A stretch of 61,553 nt of DNA, the filler included, from Squatina squatina (lineage: Eukaryota): NCBI GenBank assembly GCA_031763465.1. It is 4 parts of 4 records of this genome, joined end to end, with 100 filler letters (N's around TTAATTAATTAA, not from the genome) between each part and the next. Parts side by side here need not be neighbours in the genome. Positions count along the whole stretch, not along the records: positions 1 to 19,732 come from JARFOE010000234.1; positions 19,833 to 36,612 come from JARFOE010000004.1; 2 more parts are not named here. One strand, given 5' to 3'. This document shows positions 12,330-23,776 of this stretch, piece after piece. A model generated the notes under the pieces. The model was not told where the DNA came from. It did not search any database and worked only from the letters and a program-made list of their open reading frames with translations. The stretch's first letter is position 1. Each line of letters opens with the position of its first letter. The translations under genes were made by a program, and so were the position numbers.

Positions 12330-12680
12330 TCGTTTAAAGCCACTCTGCCCAGCGCCCGGCTCCTGTCAATCAGTTTCCTCGCCAGAAACCGCAGCCTTGC
12401 TTTGCTATTGGTTAATCCAACGTGATTAGGGCGGGACCAAACAGTCTCCGTGCTGTTATTGGTGGCAGGCGGTGTCAGTCATGCGGCGCTGTGCTCAGTT
12501 CTTCCCCGCTGAGTGGATGCACTGAGAGAAAGAGGAGGAGCAGGGGCGGGCGGTGAGGTGTCTGTCGCCAATCTCACAGACAGAAACCTTTGAGCTTTAC
12601 TTATTTCCCAGACGGGGAGGGAAAGCGGACTCCTTTATTTCTATATATATATATATAAATAGATACACATATATAAAACA
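12330..12680 (+). promoter_or_regulatory. ST8SIA4 promoter/5'UTR: CpG-enriched with inverted CCAAT boxes and GC boxes
   Basis: ATTGG at 12407-12411 and 12458-12462, GGGCGG at 12429-12434 and ~12544-12553, local CpG enrichment, and a short (TA)n run at ~12642-12657, all directly upstream of the ATG at 12681. Confidence 0.7.
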
Positions 12681-12787
12681 ATGCGTCTCCCTCGAAAATG
12701 TTGGACGTTATGCACCATAAGTATCTTAGTCATTTTTTTTAAAACAAAGGACATAACAAGATCGGAGCACCAGCAATCGCAACTGGG
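12681..12787 (+). CDS. ST8SIA4: Polysialyltransferase ST8Sia IV, coding exon 1 (signal-anchor)
   Basis: acaATG start, [36 protein letters not shown], then gg|gtaatg donor. Recalled human ST8SIA4 starts [38 protein letters not shown]. Confidence 0.9.
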
Positions 12788-14186
12788 GTAATGTGCATTA
12801 ATCTTGTGTTAAATGGAAAAAGTGGTGAAAATATTTTTTTTGAAGGAGTTTGCCTGCAAATCAATAAATGCAATCGGTTTGGTCTAATAGTGTTTAATTT
12901 TCTTTTGATGAGCGACACATACCATTTGTAATCCACAAGTGATTTTTTTGTTCTCACCTTTTCGAGCTACTGTTAATGCTTTAGAAAGAGTTTTTTGATG
13001 TGCATTTACAATCGAGTTAGTCTTTATGTTTCATTGTGCTGAGGACGTGGCTCGCAACATTAAAAAAAAAGTGTTGGGGTGGAATGGAAACCTTTGTGGA
13101 AGTGAATCGGTGAGAAAGANNNNNNNNNNCTGCACGAAACAAAACCAGCCCCCCGCCCCCCAAACTCGTGTGGAAGAAAGCGAGCTGGAATTTGATAGCG
13201 ATGCTCAGACACGCTCTGGTGCCACTGGCTGTGTGCGAATGGTGTCAACACTGCATATTGAAAATGAGCTGTGGTTCCGATCCAGGAAGAAAACCCCTCA
13301 AAATCAGTGCCGTCTTTTGTGTTGTGTTTTATTCAGTTGCCATCTCGCTCTCTCTTTCTCCAGTAGGTGGGCTTGTGCCTGCACCTCAGATGTGGTTAAG
13401 GCGCCAGTATTCGGAGTGGTGCACACACTGGATGGTTGTGATTTGACTGATCTGTTCGGAGCAGTGAAGTCACATTCAACCCCGTACTACAAAAGACAAG
13501 TTTTCTTCGGTGTGTCTCTTTTAACAGACTTCGGAAGGCTACAGATTCGAACTATTTACCGATTCTCCTGTTAATATTGATTTCACATTTTACCTCACAC
13601 TTTCTTTTATGAAACTGTCATTGCGATTTTAACCAGTCATTACTGGTTTCCATAACGGTGCAGCAGGCGGGCAGATTAGATTGCTATCAATTATTTCGGC
13701 TCTTTCAATAATTTTATTCAAACGGTCTGTGGCAAAAGGAGCTGCGGCTTGAGAGCGGAAAGTCAGTTCTCGGCATTTGTCGGAAGTCAGANNNNNNNNN
13801 NNNNNNNNNNNNNNNNNNNNNNNNNNNNNNNNNNNNNNNNNNNNNNNNNNNNNNNNNNNNNNNNNNNNNNNNNNNNNNNNNNNNNNNNNNNNNNNNNNNN
13901 NNNNNNNNNNCAAGTCACCCAACCTCGCTTCACAACTTAACCTATGGCTGGATCGCGTGCGTGTGCTTAAAAAGCCTTTCATGTCATAAACAGGAAAGCG
14001 ACGTCTGCGTGACTGGCGAGACGGGTTAAGCAATCAATGTGAACATCAGATGGTCAACTGCTGTTGAGCAGTGTTCCTGCAACGTGCAAGATGCACATTT
14101 AGTGGTTGCCTCGCGCGATCTGGGGTTGATATGTTGTTGAAAGCAATATCAACTGTAACTTTGTTTTACAATCTTAACTGTTTCAG

Positions 14187-14299
14187 GGATGGAGAAACGA
14201 GTCCAACCAGACTGATGGTTAATATTTCCAGTAAAGTAAATAGGAAAAATGTGCCTCCACGCTTCGAGCACTCTGTGGAGGGTTGGAAAAACAATGCAT
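14187..14299 (+). CDS. ST8SIA4: ST8SIA4 coding exon 2 (3' end lost in a gap)
   Basis: tttcag| acceptor in phase with exon 1. Translates DGETSPTRLMVNISSKVNRKNVPPRFEHSVEGWKNNA versus recalled human [37 protein letters not shown]. Confidence 0.85.
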
Positions 14300-16544
14300 N
14301 NNNNNNNNNCCCAGGCGTGAAAGCAGCGTAGAATCAAAAAATGATCAAATGCAGTCATCTGATGTAGGCATCGAAAAGCTGTGTTCACATTGTATAACTA
14401 ACATTATAATGCAACTAAGTATATTTTACCCCTTTTACAGTAGTACTGTAAAAAATTCAAAATAATTAATTTCAGTAGGAAATGAGCAATAACGGGAGTG
14501 AGTTTGGTTTTATTGTTAGCACGCAACTGAACAGGATATAAAACATATTCAACAATTGTGAGAAGTTTGCTAGGCCCTTGCTGTATGTTAAGGCCACATT
14601 TTACACCCAATCATCACCCAGCAAAACTCATTAAAGGCATGATCTTGGAGCCCAGTAGGTATATGTGTGTTTAAGCTTCATTTTCTCAGTTTTGAAGCCA
14701 ATATATATGATTACAGTTCAGTGTAGAAAAGAGATGTCAGAGATAGAGCTAATCTGATCTTTGGTATATGAATTGTAATAAAGCATTTGCTGTTACTATT
14801 CTAGTCACCATACTTCCTCCGCCCCAAGACACCTGACATTTAGCTGAACTTTTTAAATTGTAGGCAGTATTCATATTATGATATACATAATTGAGTAATA
14901 TGAGCACTAATGATAGAAATGTTTAATGCACCATGGGTACTCCTCAGACAGTAGTTGATGTTAATAGAGGAGTGTCCACAGGGCTGCATAGTCTCTTCAC
15001 TGTTGCTGTGAAAAAATGTAACAATTAAAAATTTGTGAAAATCTCTCAGAACAAGTTACAACCTGGAGGAATGAGACTGCACAGTTTCACTTGTTCCCTT
15101 TCAGGCCCGGATTGTTTGAGTGGTATTTCAGAAACATAAATCTCGTTAATAATAAGGTACTTATGCTGCTAAGTACTAACCATAACTTTCTGCAGTGAGT
15201 TTAATTGGCAATTAATGTGCACATGCAGCAATCTCTTGAAACTCACGGAGAGGTTGAGAGCGAGCTGTCATTTTCGTGAGGCTAATTCACCGGGTAGCTC
15301 TTCCTCACCGCAAGTTGCTGGAGGATTTACACATTAATGATGAGTGTGCCATTAAACTCGCCATTATTTTACAGCACAATCTGTCCCAACAGCTGCAAAA
15401 GCCATGACGAGAGAAGGAAGACCAGATGACGGATGGTGAATTTCTCTGGATTTCACCATTCCAAATAATCAGACATTCTGTCAGGTCCTATGCCATTTTA
15501 CATTACGTACTATGTTATCTTGTGTCATTACCCAACAGTGCTGAAGGCTGTGGAAGTGACAGCAGTGGCGGAGAAGCAGTGACAATAACAACTTGCATAG
15601 GGCATTATAAATAGCGCTAGGTGGNNNNNNNNNNNNNNNNNNNNNNNNNNNNNNNNNNNNNNNNNNNNNNNNNNNNNNNNNNNNNNNNNNNNNNNNNNNN
15701 NNNNNNNNNNNNNNNNNNNNNNNNAGGGACTTGCAGATCTCCAGACAGACTTTGTTTCAAAGACAGCCTTGGTTTTATGCCTTTAAACATCTCTAATATG
15801 TATATTAGAGTGAGAGGACAGTGGATATCTCTCAGTGGATTACAAGACAGTAGTTGTGTTAAGAGGTTCCGATAAACTGTGAATAAAGCTTGAGTTACTC
15901 ATTTGAACAATAAGATTGGGCCACTGTCTTAAATGCACTAAGACACTATCTGTTACTGTTTGTATACACAATGTAGTGAATATTTTTACAATTATTTTCT
16001 TATTGTTATGATGCATTTCTGTTGCTGTTTGACAAAGCCATATGACATAGCGAACCTGAAGGAATATCGACTTTATGGCACATGGCCTGCAGAAATATTG
16101 AATTTGTGACATAGAATCTGGAGATGTATTGAATATGGAACATGGGACATGTAGTAGTTGCAGATTATTTTTTGACAGTCAGTTGCAGGAAGAATCTACT
16201 TTGTATTGGCTAGCAGCAAAATCCTAATCCTAGTTACATGTGAACTAGGACATTAAAGTAAACCCCTATAGCATATTAATCACCCATAACTTGTTTTCAA
16301 TTGCAACAATAGTCAGGGATACAGTTCCCATCTATGTTTTTTAGTTTAGTATATCTCATAGCTTCTTCTAATAAAGTAAAACTGACCTTTTTTAACTTCT
16401 ATTATTAATGTGGATGATTGTTTTTTTCTAGTTTCCTATTTCCTATCCTGAAGGCAGGGATATGATTCCATAGGTACAGCTCATCTTCTGGTACTTTTCA
16501 CAAGCAGCATTCATCATGTCTAGACAGTGAATGTTGAAATCTAT

Positions 16545-16835
16545 TTGACTGTGGGGCATCAGAGCTGAGCTTCAATGTGTCCTTATTCAATGGCCACAGG
16601 CGTACATTTTCCAAATGGGAGTGGAGAGGGAGGGTCATCACAAGAAATGATGAAGAGTGGGATTTCTGGCTGGAATTCCCTTTCCTGGACCAGAATTATT
16701 GAGACTAATTGTAATATTCCTACTTCTTCCCTGGCTAAATTCTGCTAATTTAGCACTTACTAGGATTAGAACCTGCAATTTTCCTGGTCTGCCTTGTTGG
16801 GTTCATACTAGGCAGGGCTTTGACTCCTGACCACT
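16545..16835 (-). mobile_element. Degenerate old tRNA-derived SINE-like repeat
   Basis: Degenerate reverse B-box-like ggattagaacctg followed by ttcctggtctg, with loosely similar sequence at ~59360-59550. Family not identifiable by eye. Confidence 0.35.
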
Positions 16836-17289
16836 ATCCAGTGACTCCTTTTGGAAAGTGCACCTTTGCGGATGTCAAGTGAAAAAGGGTCAGGTTCAGG
16901 CTGGTGATTCCCACAATCTAGCTCATGGATCATGAATAGCAAGGCACTGGGAGGTGGCTGATGCTCAAGAAATTGTACCAAACATAAGTCAGCATTTTCA
17001 GGATAGAAGGGAAGAAAATTTGATTGGGAATTTTATTTTTTAGATCTCAGTTANNNNNNNNNNNNNNNNNNNNNNNNNNNNNNNNNNNNNNNNNNNNNNN
17101 NNNNNNNNNNNNNNNNNNNNNNNNNNNNNNNNNNNNNNNNNNNNNNNNNNNNNTGTTGGAAACTCCTCGGCTGTTTCTGTGAAGACATAGAAAGCACGAA
17201 CACAAAAGGGAATGTTCATGACATTTGTGGAATTGCAACACAAAGGAGGTTACTCTAAGCTGTAATTATCGATATCTTTTTTTTTGCAG

Positions 17290-17565
17290 ATACTGGCTGA
17301 CAAACAAGGTTACATCAAACGACCAAGCACAGGCCTACTGATGTACACACTTGCAACTAGGTTCTGTGATGAAATCCACCTTTACGGCTACTGGCCCTTC
17401 CCGAAAGACGCAAAAGGGGCACCAGTTAAATACCACTACTACGACAACTTAAAATACAGATATTTTTCTAATGCTGGGCCACATCGAATGCCACTGGAGT
17501 TCAAAACATTAAAGTCTTTACATGACAAAGGAGCTCTGAAGTTGACAACAGGGAAATGCGTGTAA
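17290..17565 (+). CDS. ST8SIA4: ST8SIA4 terminal coding exon (sialylmotifs S, III and VS); 1-bp frameshift at ~17311
   Basis: ttttgcag| acceptor. Reads YWLTNKV, then after a frame change [32 protein letters not shown]...[26 protein letters not shown]...[11 protein letters not shown]-stop. [20 protein letters not shown] and LTTGKC match ST8SIA4 rather than ST8SIA2. Confidence 0.93.
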   Translation: MLADKQGYIKRPSTGLLMYTLATRFCDEIHLYGYWPFPKDAKGAPVKYHYYDNLKYRYFSNAGPHRMPLEFKTLKSLHDKGALKLTTGKCV

Positions 17566-19732
17566 CCCTAGATGCCACAGCTGAAAAGCAGAGTTGGTGC
17601 GATATTTGCACACTGTAGATTTTATGTGAAAAGTTAACTCCTCAGTGATATTTACAACAATGCTGTAAAGTGCCCATTGCCCAGTTAAGTTTACAGCCTC
17701 AGATTGTTGTAATGAAATAATATAGTCTCACTGTTGGGAGCAAAGAGCAAGCAGCGATGTGTTAACAATGATTGAATATTGATTGACAGAATAATTATGA
17801 TATTAATACAATGCGGGGAATTTCTACTTCCTGACGGCTGGGAGCAGCAGGGGAACGGGTTGTCCGGTTGTGCGCAGCTCGGTGTCAGGTTTCTTGCCCA
17901 GAAGTCAGCCTGATTTGACAGGCTTGGATCCCAGTCAGGCGGGGAGCACTCCGGNNNNNNNNNNNNNNNNNNNNNNNNNNNNNNNTTCTTGTCTACCTAT
18001 GTGAATCAGCCAAGGGTAATATCAGCTGTAAGAATTAAAAGGCCATGAGAGCACGAAGGGACTGATAGCACCCCTGCTCAGTGTCGTTGGTAGTTTTATA
18101 GCTCAAAGAATGTGAAGAAGTTGTCTTATGTGGTGTGCTGAATGTGAACTGTAAAAAGTTAAAGGTGCCCTTTCTGCTGGTACCAAAGATCTTTATATAC
18201 TGATCCTGTTAGAAGTTGCTTGTAAAGACTGATATTTGGGGAATTACTAGGGGAAAATGTTTTGTGCAATTACTATATTCAGTTTCTGCAGGAAGAGCAA
18301 GGAGATAAAGAGCGGACAAAATAAAAAGCACAAGTCTTATTTAAACAAAAGCACAGGTTACCAGATCCTTAAAGTATGGGGAATTCTATTCTACTGTTTT
18401 TTCTAAATCAAATTGGTACATTTCAAAAGTTCATTCACAAACAAAATTCTCTACCAGATGTTCTGAATCATGCTGTGAGAAGTGGAAAAATCCTATTTGT
18501 TATGCTGCATTTTTTAATTAACCACACAACCACCATCAGCACTATTTCTCCTTCCTGTACATTCTATGTAATGTGACACCATTGTGGTCAGATCGTATAT
18601 TCTTTGGTAGCACTGTAAAGTTTCTGCTTACTTTTAAATGATTTTTTTATGCAATTCTTTATAATGATATTCTTGTTATAATTTTTTATACATTACAGTT
18701 GTCCTTCAAGCCATTTCTTTTGTATGCTTTATATTATAATGCACAGTGCAGTGATATCTGCACTAAGTTAGAATTTATCTGAAAGTAAAATGTATTTTCT
18801 ATTGCACATTTATCATACTGCAAAAAAATGGAACTAGATATAAGTAAAATGTTGTAACATTTTATTGAGGGGTGCACTAGATTTTGGACACCATATCAAC
18901 AACTCTAGAGAATTGACTATTAATCTTTGAGACGTTAGGTGGTGACTCGTTTCTAGTATTGTAGTATTCTGGACTCTATATTCATAACTGCACCCATCCC
19001 CCAGCATTTACTGAATGCTTTTGTCAACAATAATAGCCTCTGCTGCCTTTTGACTTGCTGATATTGTAATTGGATTCTAAAGCCCACACACTCTCACTCA
19101 GCATTAATAGTGCTACCAAAGTGCAAACAATATTCATGAACACTAACCTTAGTTTTACAAAATATTTTTCATACTAGTTAATGATCTGTAACATTGCTAA
19201 CAAACAAAAATATTAAACATAGCACTAAAATCATCTCTTATCCTCTTTCTATTTTGTGCGCTCTCTGTATCAATTTTAATTTGTTCTTTTCCAGTATTTT
19301 GCTTGCAATCCTCAGTTTACTATTGTACTCCATTATAATTTTCTTGTGTGATTCCTTTTATTGTTTTCAGTGTTTACTTGTGCTTTCAAATTGTATGCCC
19401 CTTATCATCATTGTGATTTAATTAACAGATCTGTTAAAGGAGAGGAGGGAGCAAGTTATGACATTGGGGTGTCTGTAAGGCTAGAAGGGAAAGAAAGGAC
19501 CAAGTTAGTTAAGTTTCTGGTTGTGCTGGGACCGGAGACTAGAGCAAGGCTGAGTTGGATAGCAGGGGGCCCAAGGGTGAGGGAAGGAGGGGACTGGCAC
19601 ATATGGAAATATGGACATTACATCCTAGAAGGAGGCCATTTGGACGATCTTATCTGTGGCAGTACGAGTTCTTGAACTGGAACTGAACAGCGCTAAACGA
19701 GCCCATTTTTTTGGGCGTTGTCACCTGCTGAG

Positions 19733-19832
19733 NNNNNNNNNNNNNNNNNNNNNNNNNNNNNNNNNNNNNNNNNNNNTTAATTAATTAANNNNNNNNNNNN
19801 NNNNNNNNNNNNNNNNNNNNNNNNNNNNNNNN
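19733..19832. other. Artificial scaffold linker (N44-TTAATTAATTAA-N44)
   Basis: The 12-mer at 19777-19788 gives stops in all six frames. The identical construct recurs twice more. Confidence 0.95.
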
Positions 19833-21214
19833 CTTTCAGAGGAGCACAATGACCTACACAGGGAACCTTGCTTTGTGCCAGCCACTTGGATGTCCTAGGC
19901 ATGCAAGTCTAATGCTGAATACCAAACTTACTCATCAATGACTACTTAATGCAGTTCCTCATATGAGGGGCTTTAGCAAAGAGGTATGCGCACTGCGAGA
20001 CTGGGGCACTGGTTAGACCACTGTTTAAGATGGTGAGTAGAGCACAATGGGCGATTCTGTAAGAAACAGTATCATCTGCAAAAAGTAGTACGGCAATATT
20101 TTGAGAAATGCTCAGAAAAAGAAACCCCACGCTCATCTTGTATGCTGCCAATAAGAGCGCAACTGCCAAAGAAATGACATTGCAAATTTGTCTGCAGCTT
20201 TGATAAGTGGAGACTAAATAAAGCAACATTTTCTAACAGGATGGCTAAATAGATCAACTAATAGGTTGCATTGAGCTGTAAATTAACTAGTTCCAATCAC
20301 CTAACAAATTTTGACAGGGCTTCTGACATTTCAAAAATATGAATAAAGATTGGAGCATAGATATTCTTCAACTTTTTAAGAATCAAATCTTTAAGTGAAT
20401 AATGTTGTTCTATCAACTACTCAATTCAGTTACAACTATTACAGACAATACAAATGCAATAGCAGTTGTTTTAAAAACACCAGAGTCCTATGACAGTTGC
20501 AAAACCAATTAATATTTTTAAAGAAAAATTTTAACCTAAATTTATAATTGAACAATAATGTCCATTTGTCAGGTGTACAACGTAGTACACAGCTCCTGAG
20601 CTCATTAACAGCTGAGGCCACAGGCCAAAGAATTTAATTAAAATGAGGGAGCCACTTATTACCAAGGATACTCTTGGCAAACTAAGGTTATCACAGTTAC
20701 ACACTACTGTATATTTTAGGAGATTAAAAGATTTAACTTAATATCAGAAAGAATGAACAAGTTTAAAATTAAAAGGAGCAGCCCTGCCAAAATAGAATTG
20801 TCTGCGCTAGAATTGCTTAAATGTTGTGACTGTGTTGCTAACATGCACTAAAGTATTTTTAAAAACTTGTGTTAAAGACTCATGCTTATTCCCACACAAG
20901 CAACCAAGCCAAAGCGAGGAGCTGCAGTTGTGTGTTGTCACTCTCCTGCAGCCTTAACATGATTACTTTGAAGTTGGAAAGTCACGGATTTAAAGTCCCA
21001 CTCAAGATTTAAACACAGAACTACCGACTACTGTGGTACTACAGGTGCTATCCTTCAAATTAGATGTGAAAACAGAAGCCTCGTGTGCCTCTTTTAATGG
21101 CTTAAATTGACATTAAAGATTCCATGTCATTATTTGGAGATTAGGGAGTCTTCGATGTCCAAACCAACATTCCTCTATCAACCACCACCACCGAAAAAAA
21201 AAGACCAAATGGTT

Positions 21215-21304
21215 ACTCAGTGCAGTGCTGAGGGAGTGCTGCACTGTTGGAGGTGTTGTCTTTCGGATGACATGTTAAAACCGAGGCTCTGTCTGCTTCC
21301 TCTG
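21215..21304 (+). mobile_element. SINE fragment (DeuSINE-like 5' body)
   Basis: cagtgcagtgctgagggagtgctgcactgttggaggtgttgtctttcggatgacatgttaaaaccgaggc, with a more degenerate copy at ~20990-21200. Confidence 0.6.
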
Positions 21305-22039
21305 NNNNNNNNNNNNNNNNNNNNNNNNNNNNNNNNNNNNNNNNNNNNNNNNNNNNNNNNNNNNNNNNNNNNNNNNNNNNNNNNNNNNNNNNNNNNNNNN
21401 NNNNACATGTTCTGATAAATTAAGTTCTTGTTTGGAAATTAAAAAAAAATAATGGCACTGACTAGTCCTCAAGGAGTGTAGTGTAAATACACAATACAGC
21501 TTTTTCACCCCACACCAGTTTCCAATGCATGGATAGCTATTTAGCTGCAAATATGAAGAGATATACATAATTTATAATTCAAATGGCATTACAAATTTTA
21601 TACTAACATAATAATGAGTGGCATTAACTACAATTCAGTTTTTATTAAACTGATTAGATTTCAAACAAACACTTTTACTAATTTTTTCAAAACATTAAAA
21701 AAACTACCATGAATGGAGTTTCTACTTTACAAAATAAAAAAGTTCAACGCCATAAGGGTAGAATGACAATTCTGTTTTGTGACTTGAAACCATGTCCAGT
21801 GCTGAAGGATAAATTCCATACACAGTGAGCCAAGATGTGTATTAAACTACCTAGATGCAGAGTGATAGGCAAATCTGAGAGCAGGTCACTCGGTCATTCT
21901 TGTGGCCAAGGCCAAGAGTGCTCAAGAAAGACTAAAAAAAAGTGCAACATTTAAATATATATGAAAACAATCTATAAACATAATACTGCATTAAATCTGA
22001 TCCCAAAATATTTTGTATGCATTCTATTGCACTTCTTAC

Positions 22040-22301
22040 CTCATAAGGCAGTTTTTCAAAGTAACCGTTCTTGGTGCATTCAGGCAAGGTTATTCCACTG
22101 AACTGCCCATTGAAGAACTCTAAACTATAGTCATCCTTGTCGTCATCATCCAGATCTAACATAGACGGTTTATGCAGGGATAGAAGCCTATTCCTAACAC
22201 CATGTAACAGGACAGCATCCAACTCAGTATAGTATTCTAGGAGAGAACTGTTCAGTTCCAAGCGAATCAAGTTTGTAGTGACGCCAAGTTGTTTAATGCA
22301 C
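22040..22301 (-). CDS. FBXL4: F-box/LRR protein 4, second coding exon (5' part in a gap)
   Basis: Translates [35 protein letters not shown]...NGYFEKLPYE, then donor gag|gtaaga. Recalled human: [35 protein letters not shown]...NGYFDKLPYE. Confidence 0.93.
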
Positions 22302-22401
22302 NNNNNNNNNNNNNNNNNNNNNNNNNNNNNNNNNNNNNNNNNNNNNNNNNNNNNNNNNNNNNNNNNNNNNNNNNNNNNNNNNNNNNNNNNNNNNNNNNNN
22401 N

Positions 22402-22706
22402 TCCCACCATCTCCCATACGTCCGAAACACAGCGGTCTGTGTGAAATCGCCGGAACTTGGGTAAACGTTGGTCAGTCCAGACAAATTCCACATAGTGTAC
22501 GACAAGCTGTTCTCACTGCCATACTGAGAACTGAAGTCCACCACTTCTTTTGCGTGCTGCGCCACTCCAACGTTGAGAGGTAAGATACGGTTGCTCGACT
22601 CAATAGCTCGTCGACTGTTCCTTCTTTCTCCTCTTGTACCAGATCTGGCTCTGCGCCGCAGGCAAATATAGTAAAACATACTCAAAAATGTTAACATAGG
22701 ATACAT
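22402..22706 (-). CDS. FBXL4: F-box/LRR protein 4, first coding exon (3' part in a gap)
   Basis: Translates [27 protein letters not shown]...[24 protein letters not shown]...[18 protein letters not shown], matching the human FBXL4 N-terminus. A plausible upstream acceptor (tttttctgcttaatgcacacag|) lies at 22799-22798. Confidence 0.95.
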
Positions 22707-23045
22707 TGAGGTTAGTTTTGGTGTTCCCAGCACAGCAGATGCCTTATTTTCTCAGCACCGAATTTTACTTCTTCATTCCGATTAATGTAGCTCAGCCCTG
22801 TGTGCATTAAGCAGAAAAAGGCTGTCAAGGTGGCAATCAAAATTAAAATTCATCTTTCTCTTTTAGGAATATTCACAAAATCTATCAGATTAATTGTTTA
22901 ATTAACTTAAACACTCAGAACATCACAATGAGATACCTCATTTTTCACTTGAGCCACTGACCACGCATCTTGTCCTGCATATTTTCTAAATATTATGGAA
23001 AAACAACATCCCAGAAATTTGACCCTACTGTTTGGTAAAGATCTA

Positions 23046-23776
23046 GGGGTAGAGTTTTTGCTTTGGCCACAAACGGCAAATTGTGCTCAAAATTGTGATA
23101 GTTTCCCAAAGTGAAGTTATGCTTCAAGTTTCAGCTCAAACTCATTTATTTAATCACAAACATAAAATCTTCCATGAACTAGTGCTGTTGGGCAGCTTTA
23201 GAATGCAATTTTTTTTCTGTTCACTAGCACTAAAAAATATTCCTCAATATATTAAAGAGTGGTAACTTGGTGCAGTTTGATTAATACAGCTGAAAATGGG
23301 CCGATCACAGAAAAAAATAAGCATTTTTAATAAGTGTCTAGTCCACCACCTGTGAGTAACCAGATTTTAAATCACTGAAAATGACTTTAAAAAAAACTAT
23401 ACAAAATTATTTACTAGTTTCATATACAGTAGTCAGTTTCTTAGCAAATTAAGTATTTTTTTTAATTTTTTTTTTTAAAAAGTGCTTACTAGTGCCTGTG
23501 CGCCTAAAAAAAAGTTATATTTTAATAGCCTACCCAAAGGGCCGCATACGATCGCTATTGGTGGAAACTCGCAAGGGTGATTAATTCGATCCGGGGGCGT
23601 GGTCAGTTTTGGGAGCAGGGCCAGCTTCCAGAGCAATGCTTTTTAAACTAGCGCAAAAGATCGCAGAAGCTCAATTTGCTCTGGACATAACTTGTGCTTG
23701 AAATTCTTTGCAATTCATTCATAATCAGACAAAAGATCACTGAAAAAGCAGCACAACCTTGCAGAAACTCTACCTC
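23046..23776. mobile_element. Complete 731-bp MITE with 16-bp TIRs and 3-bp TSD (PIF/Harbinger-like)
   Basis: Left end GGGGTAGAGTTTTTGC (23046-23061); right end reverse complement GAGGTAGAGTTTCTGC (23761-23776), 14/16 match. CTA flanks both sides (23043-23045 and 23777-23779). Confidence 0.8.

Noticed and set aside
13026-13574. 182-aa ORF in ST8SIA4 intron 1
   Set aside because: No recognisable domain, it spans a gap, and it lies between two phase-matched ST8SIA4 exons.
12681-17565. ST8SIA2, as expected from human synteny with SLCO3A1
   Set aside because: Exon 1 (CWTLCTIS...KTKDI), exon 2 and the terminal residues (RPSTG, RFCDEIH, YRYFSNA, LTTGKCV) match ST8SIA4.
19777-19788. TTAATTAATTAA as a piggyBac target or homeobox site
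   Set aside because: It is symmetrically flanked by exactly 44 Ns in all three occurrences, so it is a synthetic linker.
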